A DNA stretch of 64,000 nt from a virus. The DNA is taken from positions 25,021 through 89,020 of the IMG/VR virus record IMGVR_UViG_3300032931_000905; one strand, written 5' to 3'. Of the stretch, positions 30,231 through 39,326 are shown one piece after another. Under the pieces are notes generated by a model. It had not been told where the DNA came from, did no database searches, and saw nothing but the letters and a program-made list of their open reading frames with translations. How positions within the stretch are numbered: position 1 is the stretch's first letter; each line of letters begins with the position of its first letter. Position numbers and translations under genes: made by a program.

Positions 30231-31412
30231 CTATTCATAGTCACGAATAGCAACCCCAACCGGGAATATCGGTATACCAGAATCAGACAGGGCCTGATAT
30301 CTAACTGTAAGGGGCAAATTCATATACTGCTCACGATTCTTCCATTGTTCCTGGCGGACTTCATCCGCCCCTTTGCATCGGACGCTGAAGGTCTTGCCAT
30401 TCTTGATCGTGCAGACGAATATCGCCTTGCCTTCATCTTTACCTGTTCCTTCATCACACCCGACAATCTTAAATTCCGCATCCAAAAAGTCTTTATGTTT
30501 TTGGAGTTGATTGTCACGATATTGAAAGTTATACGCTTCATTGCCACCGCTGCGTATAATGGAACCTTCGTAACCCGCGGCCATATACTCGGCATGGATC
30601 TTGTCGATATTCTTGGGAGACAGGATCTTGATCGTCTCGACCAATCGGAGATAGTTCAGGCCAGTAGGAATGTTCTGGCGATACTTGATATACCGATCTG
30701 CGAATCCCAACTTGTCGGTCGTCGGGCGATCATAGCACCAGAATTTCACATACTTCTTCAGTCTATCAAGTTCCGGCGTCTTCTCGTCTTTTATCAAGGA
30801 CATGAGTTCTTGGAAGGTCAGGTCCCCGTGGTTATACATTTCCCCATCGAGGATATCCCCATTTTTCATGAAACTCAAAAACTCCTGCTCCATGTAGAGA
30901 TTGAAATTTTTGTACTGCTTGGACTTACGCGACCAAAAGATGATCTTGTTGTCTTTTCGTTCGACCAAACAACGGACCCCGTTCAGCTTCGGCTGGATAT
31001 ACGCGGGCCATACAAGATGTTGAGACCTCTCTTTATACTTCTGCGCCAGCATCGGTAGAAGCTTGAGTTGGATTTTCCCCATCCCTTTGTCAATCGTAGG
31101 CAGGTGGATAGAGTAATTGCTATCATGTTTTTTCTTCCATTTCGATTCGGCCTCTAAGAGGGCCTGCTCATACGGGGTCGTTTCATTAGACTTGCCGATG
31201 TTCATACCAGCGCGAATCGTTTCAGGTGAATGCTGAATCTTTCCATTAAGTTGGCCATGTGAGACCGTAATCACGGCGTCTTTGGCATATTCAGACACCT
31301 GAATGTCCCAGACCTTGGTCACCCCTTTGGAGGAAGTGCCGTACAGCGTAGGGAATTTTTTAGTGGCTTTGGGAAGGGTCATGTCGGAGGCTCCTGTTTG
31401 TTTGTTGTTCAT
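30231..31412 (-). CDS. ATP-dependent DNA ligase
   Basis: PMLA, QPKLNGVR (KxNG variant), LDGE, GYEG, K.K.F.DAEF, V.Y..L...G.P.FP. Confidence 0.92.
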   Translation of the reverse strand: MNNKQTGASDMTLPKATKKFPTLYGTSSKGVTKVWDIQVSEYAKDAVITVSHGQLNGKIQHSPETIRAGMNIGKSNETTPYEQALLEAESKWKKKHDSNYSIHLPTIDKGMGKIQLKLLPMLAQKYKERSQHLVWPAYIQPKLNGVRCLVERKDNKIIFWSRKSKQYKNFNLYMEQEFLSFMKNGDILDGEMYNHGDLTFQELMSLIKDEKTPELDRLKKYVKFWCYDRPTTDKLGFADRYIKYRQNIPTGLNYLRLVETIKILSPKNIDKIHAEYMAAGYEGSIIRSGGNEAYNFQYRDNQLQKHKDFLDAEFKIVGCDEGTGKDEGKAIFVCTIKNGKTFSVRCKGADEVRQEQWKNREQYMNLPLTVRYQALSDSGIPIFPVGVAIRDYE

Positions 31413-31418
31413 ATTAAG

Positions 31419-31476
31419 AGTATAACATAACAGGATCGGGGTGTCAAGAACTATTTTGAGGGGTAAGTCTTTGATT
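31419..31476 (-). promoter_or_regulatory. sigma70 promoter with upstream IHF-consensus site
   Basis: TTGACA-N17-TATACT plus AATCAAAGACTTA (WATCAANNNNTTR) at 31464-31476. Confidence 0.75.
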
Positions 31477-31619
31477 TAGAAGGGTTTGTCGGTTTTCGTC
31501 TCTTGGGCTTGATAAATTCCCGCTCAATCCTGAGATAATTCTGGCGCATGATCGCCTCCGCGTGATTCACGCCGGAATTCACGATCTCGTTCCAATCATC
31601 AGAGCATTGTTGTCGGTCT

Positions 31620-32477
31620 TTAGACATGAGCATACCTTCTGAATCCCATGACCATGCCGACGGCGAGGAACAGATAGATCCATGTGGACGGTTCGGGCAC
31701 ATTCGTCTGTGGCACATTAGGAGCAACAGGAGGCGCGGTCGTCGTAAACGAGATCGGCGCATCATAGGAACAGGGCCGGGCAATGCTCTGACAGACTCGG
31801 AGATTATCAAAGCCCACCGTGAATCCAGGGGTCGTCGTCGCATGCCCAAAATTAAACACCAGGGCGCCTATGGGGGCATTATGAGCAAACACGGTAGGGA
31901 CATTCGTATTGATCGGAATGTTCATGGTATCCAGGTCATAGTGGAACCATCCAGTTCCAGGCGGGATGCCGATACCCAAGGCAAACACATTCGGGCCCGC
32001 ATCAGGGCCTTCGTTCCCTAAAATATTGATCTGCAAGAAGGCAGCATTATCATGGTAGATATCCACGCCTTGGAAGGTAAACTCGGCGTCATGCTTGCCA
32101 GGCTCGGCGTCATGCTTGCCATGAAGACCTAGGGCCGGAATGTAGGTCATCATATTCGTGGATAAATTTTGAAAGATATTAGTCGTGGCCATGTGATTAA
32201 AAATGGCATTCGTCGCATTCCCACCGATACCAGATTCCAAGTTCCAATCGACCAATGAGGCCACTTGACTCATGCGAAACGGGCCCGCATTGACGGTAGG
32301 CGGTTCGATGCCTGGAAAACCATTCAATTGATTGGTGGCAGACACTATCGGCACCAGCGCATCAAAATTGATCGTCGTGGCCTGTACCCGCCCAGTCATG
32401 ACCAGACACGCCAGGATTACCATGGACGCCCCCAGGGCCCAGACACCGACTCGTTGTAACATCGTTCTATTCTTCAT
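31620..32477 (-). CDS. PEP-CTERM exosortase-target surface protein
   Basis: Signal peptide; C-terminal VPEPST + TM helix + RR. Confidence 0.9.
   Translation of the reverse strand: MKNRTMLQRVGVWALGASMVILACLVMTGRVQATTINFDALVPIVSATNQLNGFPGIEPPTVNAGPFRMSQVASLVDWNLESGIGGNATNAIFNHMATTNIFQNLSTNMMTYIPALGLHGKHDAEPGKHDAEFTFQGVDIYHDNAAFLQINILGNEGPDAGPNVFALGIGIPPGTGWFHYDLDTMNIPINTNVPTVFAHNAPIGALVFNFGHATTTPGFTVGFDNLRVCQSIARPCSYDAPISFTTTAPPVAPNVPQTNVPEPSTWIYLFLAVGMVMGFRRYAHV
32082..32121 (-). repeat. 21-bp-period tandem duplication in PEP-CTERM gene
   Basis: ctcggcgtcatgcttgcca twice (GKHDAE x2). Confidence 0.85.
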
Positions 32478-33640
32478 CTTATTGCTCCTTGATTGTAGAG
32501 TCATACCTATTTCTATGCGAGAATCCAGTACACCAGGACAGCCAGGGCCCATAAGGTGATCGAGACCACGAGGCCCCACAGGATACCGACGGCCGGCGCT
32601 AAGTTATCGTGTTGTTTCATAGGTTCACACCTTTGAGTAGATAGGAGGTCGTCGTCAACTGCATGACAAACTCTTCCACGACACATCCCACATAGGGATT
32701 GTACGCCGGATCGCTTTGAGATAACTTCAAATGGGCACGCAAGTGATTCAGGGCCACCCATGTCTTACCCTGCTTGGTCCACGTAATCCGATGAGGTGAA
32801 CCTCCGGTACTATACAGACCGTGGGGATTGCGTATCTTATAGATCATTCTCTCCTCAATTCAGATCCATGCCACACACCCTTTCAGGTATGCTGACTTCA
32901 AAATTTGGATCGTTCTTCGGATCGACCCAACGGAAATCCTTGCCATCTTGGCTACGAATAAACAGGCGACCATCTGAAGGCGTCACCCCGGCCATCGTGG
33001 CCCTGTCAAGGTCCCACAAGAACCCACGGTTCAAGCACACCGTCTTGCCTTTGCGGGTCTTGGGTATCAATTGGACTCGTTCGTTCTTCATATCCCACCA
33101 TCTAACTCCATCACCTGCCTGGTGAGGTCATCGTTCTCAGCGGTCAATAGATCGATTTGGTGTGCATGGGCCTCGATCATGTTCAGAAGGAATAGGATAT
33201 CCTTCTGACCTTGGCGGATAAACTTCGTGGTATCCATGAGGTCCTTCAAGGGGTCCAAGGATTCCCAACGGCCAAGCAGTGTTTCAATCTCAATCATCGT
33301 CTTGTTCATCACAGTCTCCATTCATCGGCACAACGGACAAGTTCGGCCGCATTGCGGTCCGGTCGCTTATAGGTAAATAGAAAGTTCAGCCGTTGGTATT
33401 CCTGGGCCTCGGCCATCAATTCCTCATACCGATCCTCAAGGCCCTGTCGTTCTTGGGGTGTCAAGATCGTCTCCCTGCGGTCTCTTCGTCTTTTTCCCAC
33501 AGGCACAGGTCACAGAGGTATTCGGCGTCACTTTGGTTCAGGTACTCATCCACGCAGCGGCATCGGTCACAATCGGTCTGTCTCAATTCGGTGCTCATCA
33601 TAATAAGAGTATAGCATAAGTGGCACAAGGAAGTCAAGAA

Positions 33641-34099
33641 CTATTTTGTGTAGTAAGTCTTTGAATTATAAGGGGTTTTGCTATCGGGTAACCAATGTCT
33701 TCGATCTTCGACCTCTTTTCGCTTGGACATCAGCAATCGATAGGCCTTATCCATCGACATGGCACGATATTTCATGAGATACCAGAGAATGGTCAAAGGC
33801 GAGCGTTCGACCCCATAGGCACAATGCACCAGGACTTGGTGACCTTGTGTCAGATGTTGATGAATCCAGTCAGCGGCTTCATCCATCTTGACGGGATCAG
33901 CGACGATTTGATCCTGGGCGTTCCAGGTGGTGGTAGGAATAGAATGGGCTCGGCGCATTCTGCCAGGTTCCCCTGGCCACATCACACAGAGAATGTGCAT
34001 GTCCTTGGGGGCTGTGGCCGCGCCAGTTCGGCTGCCTAGAAAGAGATTCTCACTGATTTCATCATAACCAAACATACAGTTATTTTGTGATCGGTTCAA
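33641..34099 (-). CDS. dual-specificity / tyrosine phosphatase
   Basis: VLVHCAYGVERS (HCX5R). Confidence 0.9.
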   Translation of the reverse strand: MNRSQNNCMFGYDEISENLFLGSRTGAATAPKDMHILCVMWPGEPGRMRRAHSIPTTTWNAQDQIVADPVKMDEAADWIHQHLTQGHQVLVHCAYGVERSPLTILWYLMKYRAMSMDKAYRLLMSKRKEVEDRRHWLPDSKTPYNSKTYYTK

Positions 34100-34688
34100 A
34101 TTTTCTGGTGATGGGGTTCAATTTCCTTCCCAATTGTGCAAGTCTCAGTTTCTCTTTTGTTGCATCGGAGTGTTGGTGTGAATGCCCCTGCTTTCCGGTC
34201 TTTGTTGTGCTTATTTTCATGCGTGTCTCTTCACTGACACTATGACCCATTTTCGACTCACTAATGTTTTGTTTTCGTTCCTCAGAAAAGATTCTACCAA
34301 TGTTCCATTGATTACCCAACTTTTGCTTACTCATAAGTTCTTTTGCCTCATCAGTATGCCTATAACCTAATCCATATTGTTTCCCGATATGGGTCTGTGA
34401 TATCCGAGCCTTTGCCTCATCGGTATGCCGATAACCTAACCCATGCTTGTTTCCACGATTTGCTACAATTTGCCGCTGGTGGACAATCTCTTCTTTACCC
34501 AGTGTGTTAGTCAAACCTTGATAAGCAATTCGATCTTGCCATGCTCCGTATTGTTCAAATAACCATCTATGACATTCAGCATGTTGATCTACAGAAAGAT
34601 ACACTACATTACCAGAATCATCAACACCATCCAACGAACCAAAGCGCCGTTTCCATTCATGTTTTGGAATGATATGATGACGGTGCAA
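34080..34688 (-). mobile_element. HNH-NUMOD3 free-standing homing endonuclease
   Basis: HHIIPKHEW..N...L...QHA..H plus repeated G.RHTDEAK..IS NUMOD3 motifs. Confidence 0.8.
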
Positions 34689-34691
34689 GAT

Positions 34692-35603
34692 TCAGGCTCC
34701 TACCGCAACTGTTACCCGCGAGGCCAATGCTTTTGCCTTCGCTTTTTCGTCTGCTTTCTTTGCAGCTAAATCAGCGAGAAACGACTTTGCAAGATCAGAA
34801 ATATATTCAACTGGTTGAAACCTCTCACCAGGCTTTTCCGAATCCCTCATTTCTTGCAGCCCCTCCATGCTATTCTTTCCGATTTCCAGAATGCACGGTG
34901 TGTAAATTTGACAATACGAAGGACCCAGTTCCCTAGCAACCATGATCGAGTTTTTGATATGCCTTTCAACTAAACTGGGCTTGCTGCAAGTGAACTTGGC
35001 GATATATTGACAGCCAGATTCACGAGCGATCTCAGGCAGACGAACTTTATCAAACAACTTTCCTACAGGCGCCATCTTCGCCACAAAGCCTTTTTGCATC
35101 AGACCAGATTCCTGGCCACCGGTGTTCGCATACAATTCATTGTCGAAGCAAATCGTCGTGAACTTCTCTTGACGGAACCAGGCTTGCAAGGTCATATCGA
35201 GGCCGATATCCACGGTAGCCCCATCGCCTGCGAGGACGACCACATCTTTTGTCTTGTTGGGGAATCGAACAGAGAGGGCGCGCTTGAGGCCTGAGGCAAT
35301 GGCGTTTTGATTACCGAAGAGTGAGTGGATGTTATGGACGGCGACCATTGGAAATACCAGACTGGTACACCCTGTGGAACCGACCATGACCGTATCTTCT
35401 GGGTTAGGGAGCGAGGCGAGGATATACCTGAAGGCCATGGACTCTGGGCACCCGGCGCAGAGGGAATGGGATTCGATCAATTCCTTCTTGTTGCCAATGT
35501 CCTTCCAACCGCGGTCTTCCTTGCCATAGGTGGCATTGGAGACCAGTTCTTTGTATTCTGGGGGCATGATGTCGAAGAGATCGGGGGAAATGGTAGGAAT
35601 CAT
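34692..35603 (-). CDS. 2-oxoacid (pyruvate/2-oxoglutarate):ferredoxin oxidoreductase beta subunit
   Basis: CAGC, STGC, TPP motif GDG...DN.LYANTGGQ.S, YTPC; resembles (from memory) five-subunit Por/For beta subunits of Nitrospirota/Aquificota. Confidence 0.9.
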   Translation of the reverse strand: MIPTISPDLFDIMPPEYKELVSNATYGKEDRGWKDIGNKKELIESHSLCAGCPESMAFRYILASLPNPEDTVMVGSTGCTSLVFPMVAVHNIHSLFGNQNAIASGLKRALSVRFPNKTKDVVVLAGDGATVDIGLDMTLQAWFRQEKFTTICFDNELYANTGGQESGLMQKGFVAKMAPVGKLFDKVRLPEIARESGCQYIAKFTCSKPSLVERHIKNSIMVARELGPSYCQIYTPCILEIGKNSMEGLQEMRDSEKPGERFQPVEYISDLAKSFLADLAAKKADEKAKAKALASRVTVAVGA

Positions 35604-35650
35604 TGGTCAAATCTCCTGGTGACGGGAGTTGCATGGTGTATTTAGGGGTA

Positions 35651-35724
35651 TGGTCGACCCTACAGGTTACGCTCCTGTCTCACCGCAATGTCAATGCGGT
35701 ATTCTGCTAATGAACTAAGGGTCG
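35651..35724 (-). tRNA. tRNA-Val(GAC)
   Basis: CCGCA-TTGACAT-TGCGG, CCA encoded. Confidence 0.85.
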
Positions 35725-35727
35725 TTG

Positions 35728-35803
35728 TGGTCTGCCTGGAGGGATTTGAGCCCCCATCCTCCCGGTTCGAAGCCGAGTAGTCTTCCAGTTGACGTACAGG
35801 CAG
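35728..35803 (-). tRNA. tRNA-Arg(TCG)
   Basis: CTCGG-CTTCGAA-CCGGG, CCA. Confidence 0.85.
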
Positions 35804-35862
35804 TCTAGATCAAAAAATCTTTCCATGCGTAGATTACACGGTCTATTCTACGCAAACCTTAT

Positions 35863-35937
35863 TGGTGCCACGGGTGGGATTCTAACCCACGTTGTCCCGC
35901 TTAGGAGGCAGGTGCCTGTACACTAGGCTACCGCGGC
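35863..35937 (-). tRNA. tRNA-Arg(CCT)
   Basis: CCTGC-CTCCTAA-GCGGG, CCA. Confidence 0.85.
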
Positions 35938-35941
35938 GTTA

Positions 35942-36017
35942 TGGACTCGCTGGTGGGATTCTCACCCACAACCTTCCAGGTAGAAACTGGAAATGCAAAT
36001 AATTACACCTCAGCGAG
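35942..36017 (-). tRNA. tRNA-Arg(TCT)
   Basis: TCCAG-TTTCTAC-CTGGA, CCA; atypical D/T loops. Confidence 0.75.
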
Positions 36018-36022
36018 ATATT

Positions 36023-36097
36023 TGGTGCTCCCAGAGAGTATCGATCTCTCTTTTCCTGGTTGAGAACCAGGCGAACTAGCCAGTATTCGATGGGAGC
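36023..36097 (-). tRNA. tRNA-Glu(CTC)
   Basis: CCTGG-TTCTCAA-CCAGG, CCA. Confidence 0.85.
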
Positions 36098-36507
36098 GTA
36101 TTATGCGTCGGCCAATAATATGGCAGGTCCGTTGGCTCGACCCAATGAAACTGCCCGTAATACTTTGGGTCTTTTCTCAATAAGTTACTTCGGTGTGCGC
36201 TATGAAATTGCTCAGAGTTGTGCCAAGGTGGATAGACAACAGGGCACTCAACGACATATAAGGGCATGTTATTGTTATACCCTCGACTTATCCATTCCTC
36301 GATGCAGGTATTCACATACAATTTCAGCGCATGTTCATACCCCTTCCACATCAACACCGCAGGATGATTTTTCCATCCTTGCTTTGCAGACGGATTCAAC
36401 AACACATTCAAAATCTGCATTCCTTCGACTCGTTGTTTTCCTAACCGACGATAATCTAAGGCTTGCACAGATTTCTTAAAAGAGGGGTAGGGCAAAAATG
36501 TTTGCAT
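36076..36507 (-). CDS. pyrimidine-dimer DNA glycosylase-like (MSMEG_6728 family)
   Basis: MQTFLPY..F..S...LD.RRLGKQRVE, HPAV.MW.G, HRSNLLRKDP. Confidence 0.85.
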   Translation of the reverse strand: MQTFLPYPSFKKSVQALDYRRLGKQRVEGMQILNVLLNPSAKQGWKNHPAVLMWKGYEHALKLYVNTCIEEWISRGYNNNMPLYVVECPVVYPPWHNSEQFHSAHRSNLLRKDPKYYGQFHWVEPTDLPYYWPTHNTLPSNTG

Positions 36508-36555
36508 GAGAGATTATAGCACAGTATTCATGCCCTGTCAAGTGCTATTATAAAT

Positions 36556-36860
36556 TGGTGGAGATGCCGGGAATTGAACCCGGGTCCAAAAGCAACGTCA
36601 AAGTCAGATTTTCATGCTAGTCAATCTTACAACGCCCGCCAAAGGGATTGACACCTTCTACGGTCTTCTTGAGCGCACAACTTGCCTCCAAGAATGACGC
36701 TTCACCACCTACAGGAGCCTATCAGTGGGTCAACGGGCCGCGATTAAGCGGCCATTGCCAGTTCGTGTTCGACAATTCGGTTTTTCCAAGTATTAACGAG
36801 GTCCTGGTCCTCGGCATGTCCGTTCTTCTCTATACGCCTCTGTCGATACCTGTCATCCCC
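36556..36860 (-). ncRNA. ssrA: tmRNA
   Basis: 5' GGGGATGACAGGTATCGAC, 3' GGACCCGGGTTCAATTCCCGGCATCTCCACCA with G3-U; internal tag frame ...VEHELAMAA*. Confidence 0.92.
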
Positions 36861-36868
36861 TTTCATTG

Positions 36869-37069
36869 TTACCATGAGTCATAGTCTGTCAAATTACACA
36901 TGATACCGGTAGCCATATTTTCGACTTCAATGACCGTACCGATACCTGTCGGAGAAACATGAAACTCAAATGCCATGGGGCGTCCACCTGAGAGTTTCTT
37001 CTGTTTGCTCTGTTTGCGAATAAAGACTTCCAGGTTCTTCACTTCTTTTGCATTCAATTGAAACTTCAT
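36869..37069 (-). CDS. small hypothetical protein
   Basis: MKFQLN...PTGIG..V...T...LTDYDSW. Confidence 0.55.
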   Translation of the reverse strand: MKFQLNAKEVKNLEVFIRKQSKQKKLSGGRPMAFEFHVSPTGIGTVIEVENMATGIMCNLTDYDSW

Positions 37070-37083
37070 ACTATACTCCAAAA

Positions 37084-37168
37084 TGGCGGAGAGGTGAGTA
37101 GTCGAAACCCAACCTTTCGGTCCCACCCGCTTCAAACGGGGTTCAGTGCCCTGACTGATTACCTCTCC
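37084..37168 (-). tRNA. tRNA-Ser(TGA)
   Basis: Long variable arm, GCCA end. Confidence 0.8.
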
Positions 37169-37269
37169 TCAATATCCTAGAAGCCAGGTGGCCACGACAC
37201 CAATAGTCGCCGTAATCACAAAGGCTAAACCTAATGCTTTCCAATTGATCTGCATAGTATACCTCCAAA

Positions 37270-37357
37270 TGGCGGAAGAGACAGGATTTGAACCTGCGTG
37301 GCTTTGACACCGCATCCCTTTCCAAGGGAGCCCGATTGGCCTCTCTGGCACTCTTCC
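37270..37357 (-). tRNA. tRNA-Ser(GGA)
   Basis: Long variable arm, TTGGAAA loop, GCCA. Confidence 0.88.
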
Positions 37358-37367
37358 AAAAAACTTA

Positions 37368-37457
37368 TGGCGGAAGTGTGAGGACATGCTCCCCAGGGTA
37401 TCTAAGGCCCCAATCCGCTTTCGAGACGGTTCCGACACCTTGATCGGTTACACTTCC
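37368..37457 (-). tRNA. tRNA-Ser(CGA)
   Basis: CTCGAAA loop, long V arm, aberrant T loop. Confidence 0.78.
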
Positions 37458-37460
37458 ATA

Positions 37461-37547
37461 TGGCGGAAGAGGGAGGACTCGAACCCCACGGTGTGACCCG
37501 CAATCCGGTTAGCACCCGGTTCAGCTACCCTGCACTGGTCCTCTTCC
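37461..37547 (-). tRNA. tRNA-Ser(GCT)
   Basis: GTGCTAA loop, long V arm, GCCA. Confidence 0.82.
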
Positions 37548-37556
37548 ATCTAAAAT

Positions 37557-37841
37557 TGAGGAGCGCCCAACCATTGTCACATACACCCCATCCCTACCAT
37601 GCACCGCCTCATCCAATCAGTGTGCTGCGTAGGTGTGAAGGATTGTGTATTTCCCTTCACCCGTCAGAATCGGCGTTCGCTATGGATTAACAACGCCACG
37701 ATTCTGTAAAACATTTTACCCCAGTATCCAGATTAGACCGTCGATCAAACGGCCGCTGTTGTCCTTCGTCCGCTGTGGTAAATGCCTTAGGTTCGTATGT
37801 CGGTCTCGCCTGAGAGAAAGCCTTGCGGCCTACGCTCCTCA
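37557..37841 (-). ncRNA. unassigned ~285-nt structured RNA
   Basis: Ends pair (TGAGGAGCG/CGCTCCTCA); several internal hairpins; fills the gap between two tRNAs. Confidence 0.6.
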
Positions 37842-37844
37842 TTA

Positions 37845-37921
37845 TGGTGTCCCTGGGTGGACTTGAACCACCGATTTCAGACTTCGCAGGTCTGCGTCTT
37901 TTCCATCTGGACCACAGGGAC
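37845..37921 (-). tRNA. tRNA-Arg(GCG)
   Basis: CAGAC-CTGCGAA-GTCTG, CCA. Confidence 0.85.
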
Positions 37922-37935
37922 ATATTTCTGGCACA

Positions 37936-38010
37936 TGGTGAACGGTGCTGGTACTGCCCCAGCTTAGTCTTCCTTGTAAGGGAAGTGCATATCTTTCCTG
38001 CCCACCGTCC
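37936..38010 (-). tRNA. tRNA-Val(TAC)
   Basis: CTTCC-CTTACAA-GGAAG, CCA. Confidence 0.8.
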
Positions 38011-38018
38011 GTAACGTA

Positions 38019-38093
38019 TGGAGCCCTCAACCGGACTTGCGCCGGTCTATCCACCTTACCAAGGTGGCGAATCGCTATCTATTCTTTGAGGGC
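38019..38093 (-). tRNA. tRNA-Thr(GGT)
   Basis: CCACC-TTGGTAA-GGTGG, CCA. Confidence 0.85.
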
Positions 38094-38115
38094 ATATTTA
38101 TTCGTATGGGAGCAT

Positions 38116-38192
38116 TGGTGCCGAAGGAGGGATTCGAACCCTCACTGTGCTGCTTTTGAGACAGCCGCCTCCTGCCGTTGGGCTACTTCGGC
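38116..38192 (-). tRNA. tRNA-Leu(CAA), short variable loop
   Basis: GCTGT-CTCAAAA-GCAGC, CCA. Confidence 0.88.
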
Positions 38193-38197
38193 ATAAT

Positions 38198-38274
38198 TGG
38201 TGCTGGCGAGAGGAATCGAACCTCCACTTGTCCAGATTTTAAGTTTGGTGACTCTGCCTTTGGTCTACGCCAGC
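38198..38274 (-). tRNA. tRNA-Leu(TAA), short variable loop
   Basis: CTTAAAA loop, CCA. Confidence 0.85.
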
Positions 38275-38279
38275 ATACA

Positions 38280-38354
38280 TGGAGCCCCGTACCGGATGTG
38301 CGCCGGTTTCTGCGGTGTACGAAACCGCTGAATCACTATCAATTCTTACAGGGC
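38280..38354 (-). tRNA. tRNA-Thr(CGT)
   Basis: GCGGT-TTCGTAC-ACCGC, CCA. Confidence 0.82.
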
Positions 38355-38356
38355 AT

Positions 38357-38385
38357 AGTATAACACGACCCCCGATTATTGTCAA
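38357..38385 (-). promoter_or_regulatory. sigma70 promoter inside the tRNA island
   Basis: TTGACA-N17-TATACT immediately upstream of tRNA-Thr(CGT). Confidence 0.75.
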
Positions 38386-38488
38386 GTACAAAAGTGTTCC
38401 TGCTCCTTCTAGCCTTCTAGGGTCCCCTCATACCAGGATTGGGGTAGCGGATCGTTGCCGCCTCGGGTCGTGATAAGTTATACCAGAA

Positions 38489-38711
38489 TTAGACTCGGGC
38501 GTCCAGCGCGGCGGTCACTTCCTGCACCCCTGCCAATGTGGCGTCCAAGGCGGCTGGTGCCACTAATCCTGCTTGACCCGCGGTCAAGGCATCAACTTGG
38601 GTCTGCAAGGTCTGCAAGGCGGCCAACTTCACGGCGTCACGGGCGGCTTCTGCCACCTGTGCGGCCTTCAAATCTGCAACGGCACTTTCTAATTCTGCAA
38701 CTGTAGCCATG
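38489..38711 (-). CDS. small Ala-rich coiled-coil protein
   Basis: GAGGAG SD before MATVAELE; late promoter TATAAATA at ~38858. Confidence 0.55.
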
Positions 38712-38870
38712 TGTGTGTCTCCTCGTTGAATAAGTTGTTTCACTAACCGATATAACTCCTCGATGGAATGCTCGTCACCACCCATACAAAAATCGTGTAC
38801 CGACTTCAACCCCTCAAACGTTTCATCATGTTGCATAACGCACCCTCCTTCTAGGAGTATTTATACGCAT

Positions 38871-38945
38871 TGGTCAGGCTGGTTGGACTCGCACCAACAT
38901 GGTCTCCGTTCCGAACGGAGTAGTCAACTTTTGACCCACAGCCTG
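38871..38945 (-). tRNA. tRNA-Pro(CGG)
   Basis: CTCCG-TTCGGAA-CGGAG, CCA. Confidence 0.85.
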
Positions 38946-38950
38946 AATCA

Positions 38951-39024
38951 TGGAGCGGGATGCGGGTTCTGCCCCCGCGACACCGGTTTGGAAGACCAGC
39001 ATGTTGCTGCTACACCAATCCCGC
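38951..39024 (-). tRNA. tRNA-Gly(TCC)
   Basis: CTGGT-CTTCCAA-ACCGG, TCCA. Confidence 0.87.
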
Positions 39025-39247
39025 ATTATTCTTTATCAATACACCGATCTTTCGTAACAGGGCACTACCGAATTCTTTGGCGATATCATTCTCCATGTCA
39101 GGAGGATTGTACTCCAAAAAATCTTCAACCAATACCTCAGACATTGTAAGGGTGACCGTAATCTGTTTACGGAATTCATCGTCGATATCCATTCTCACCG
39201 ATTCGACAATCACCAGGTCTTGGTCTTTGGGTCTCATACTATCCTCA

Positions 39248-39322
39248 TGGAGCGGGTGGTGGGAATCGAACCCACATGATCCTTCTTGGCAGAAAGGTGA
39301 ACTACCAATGTTCCACACCCGC
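39248..39322 (-). tRNA. tRNA-Gly(GCC)
   Basis: CCTTT-CTGCCAA-GAAGG, TCCA. Confidence 0.87.
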
Positions 39323-39326
39323 GTTA

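Noticed and set aside
30201-31058. 285-aa plus-strand ORF
   Set aside because: Antisense to the DNA ligase; no motifs
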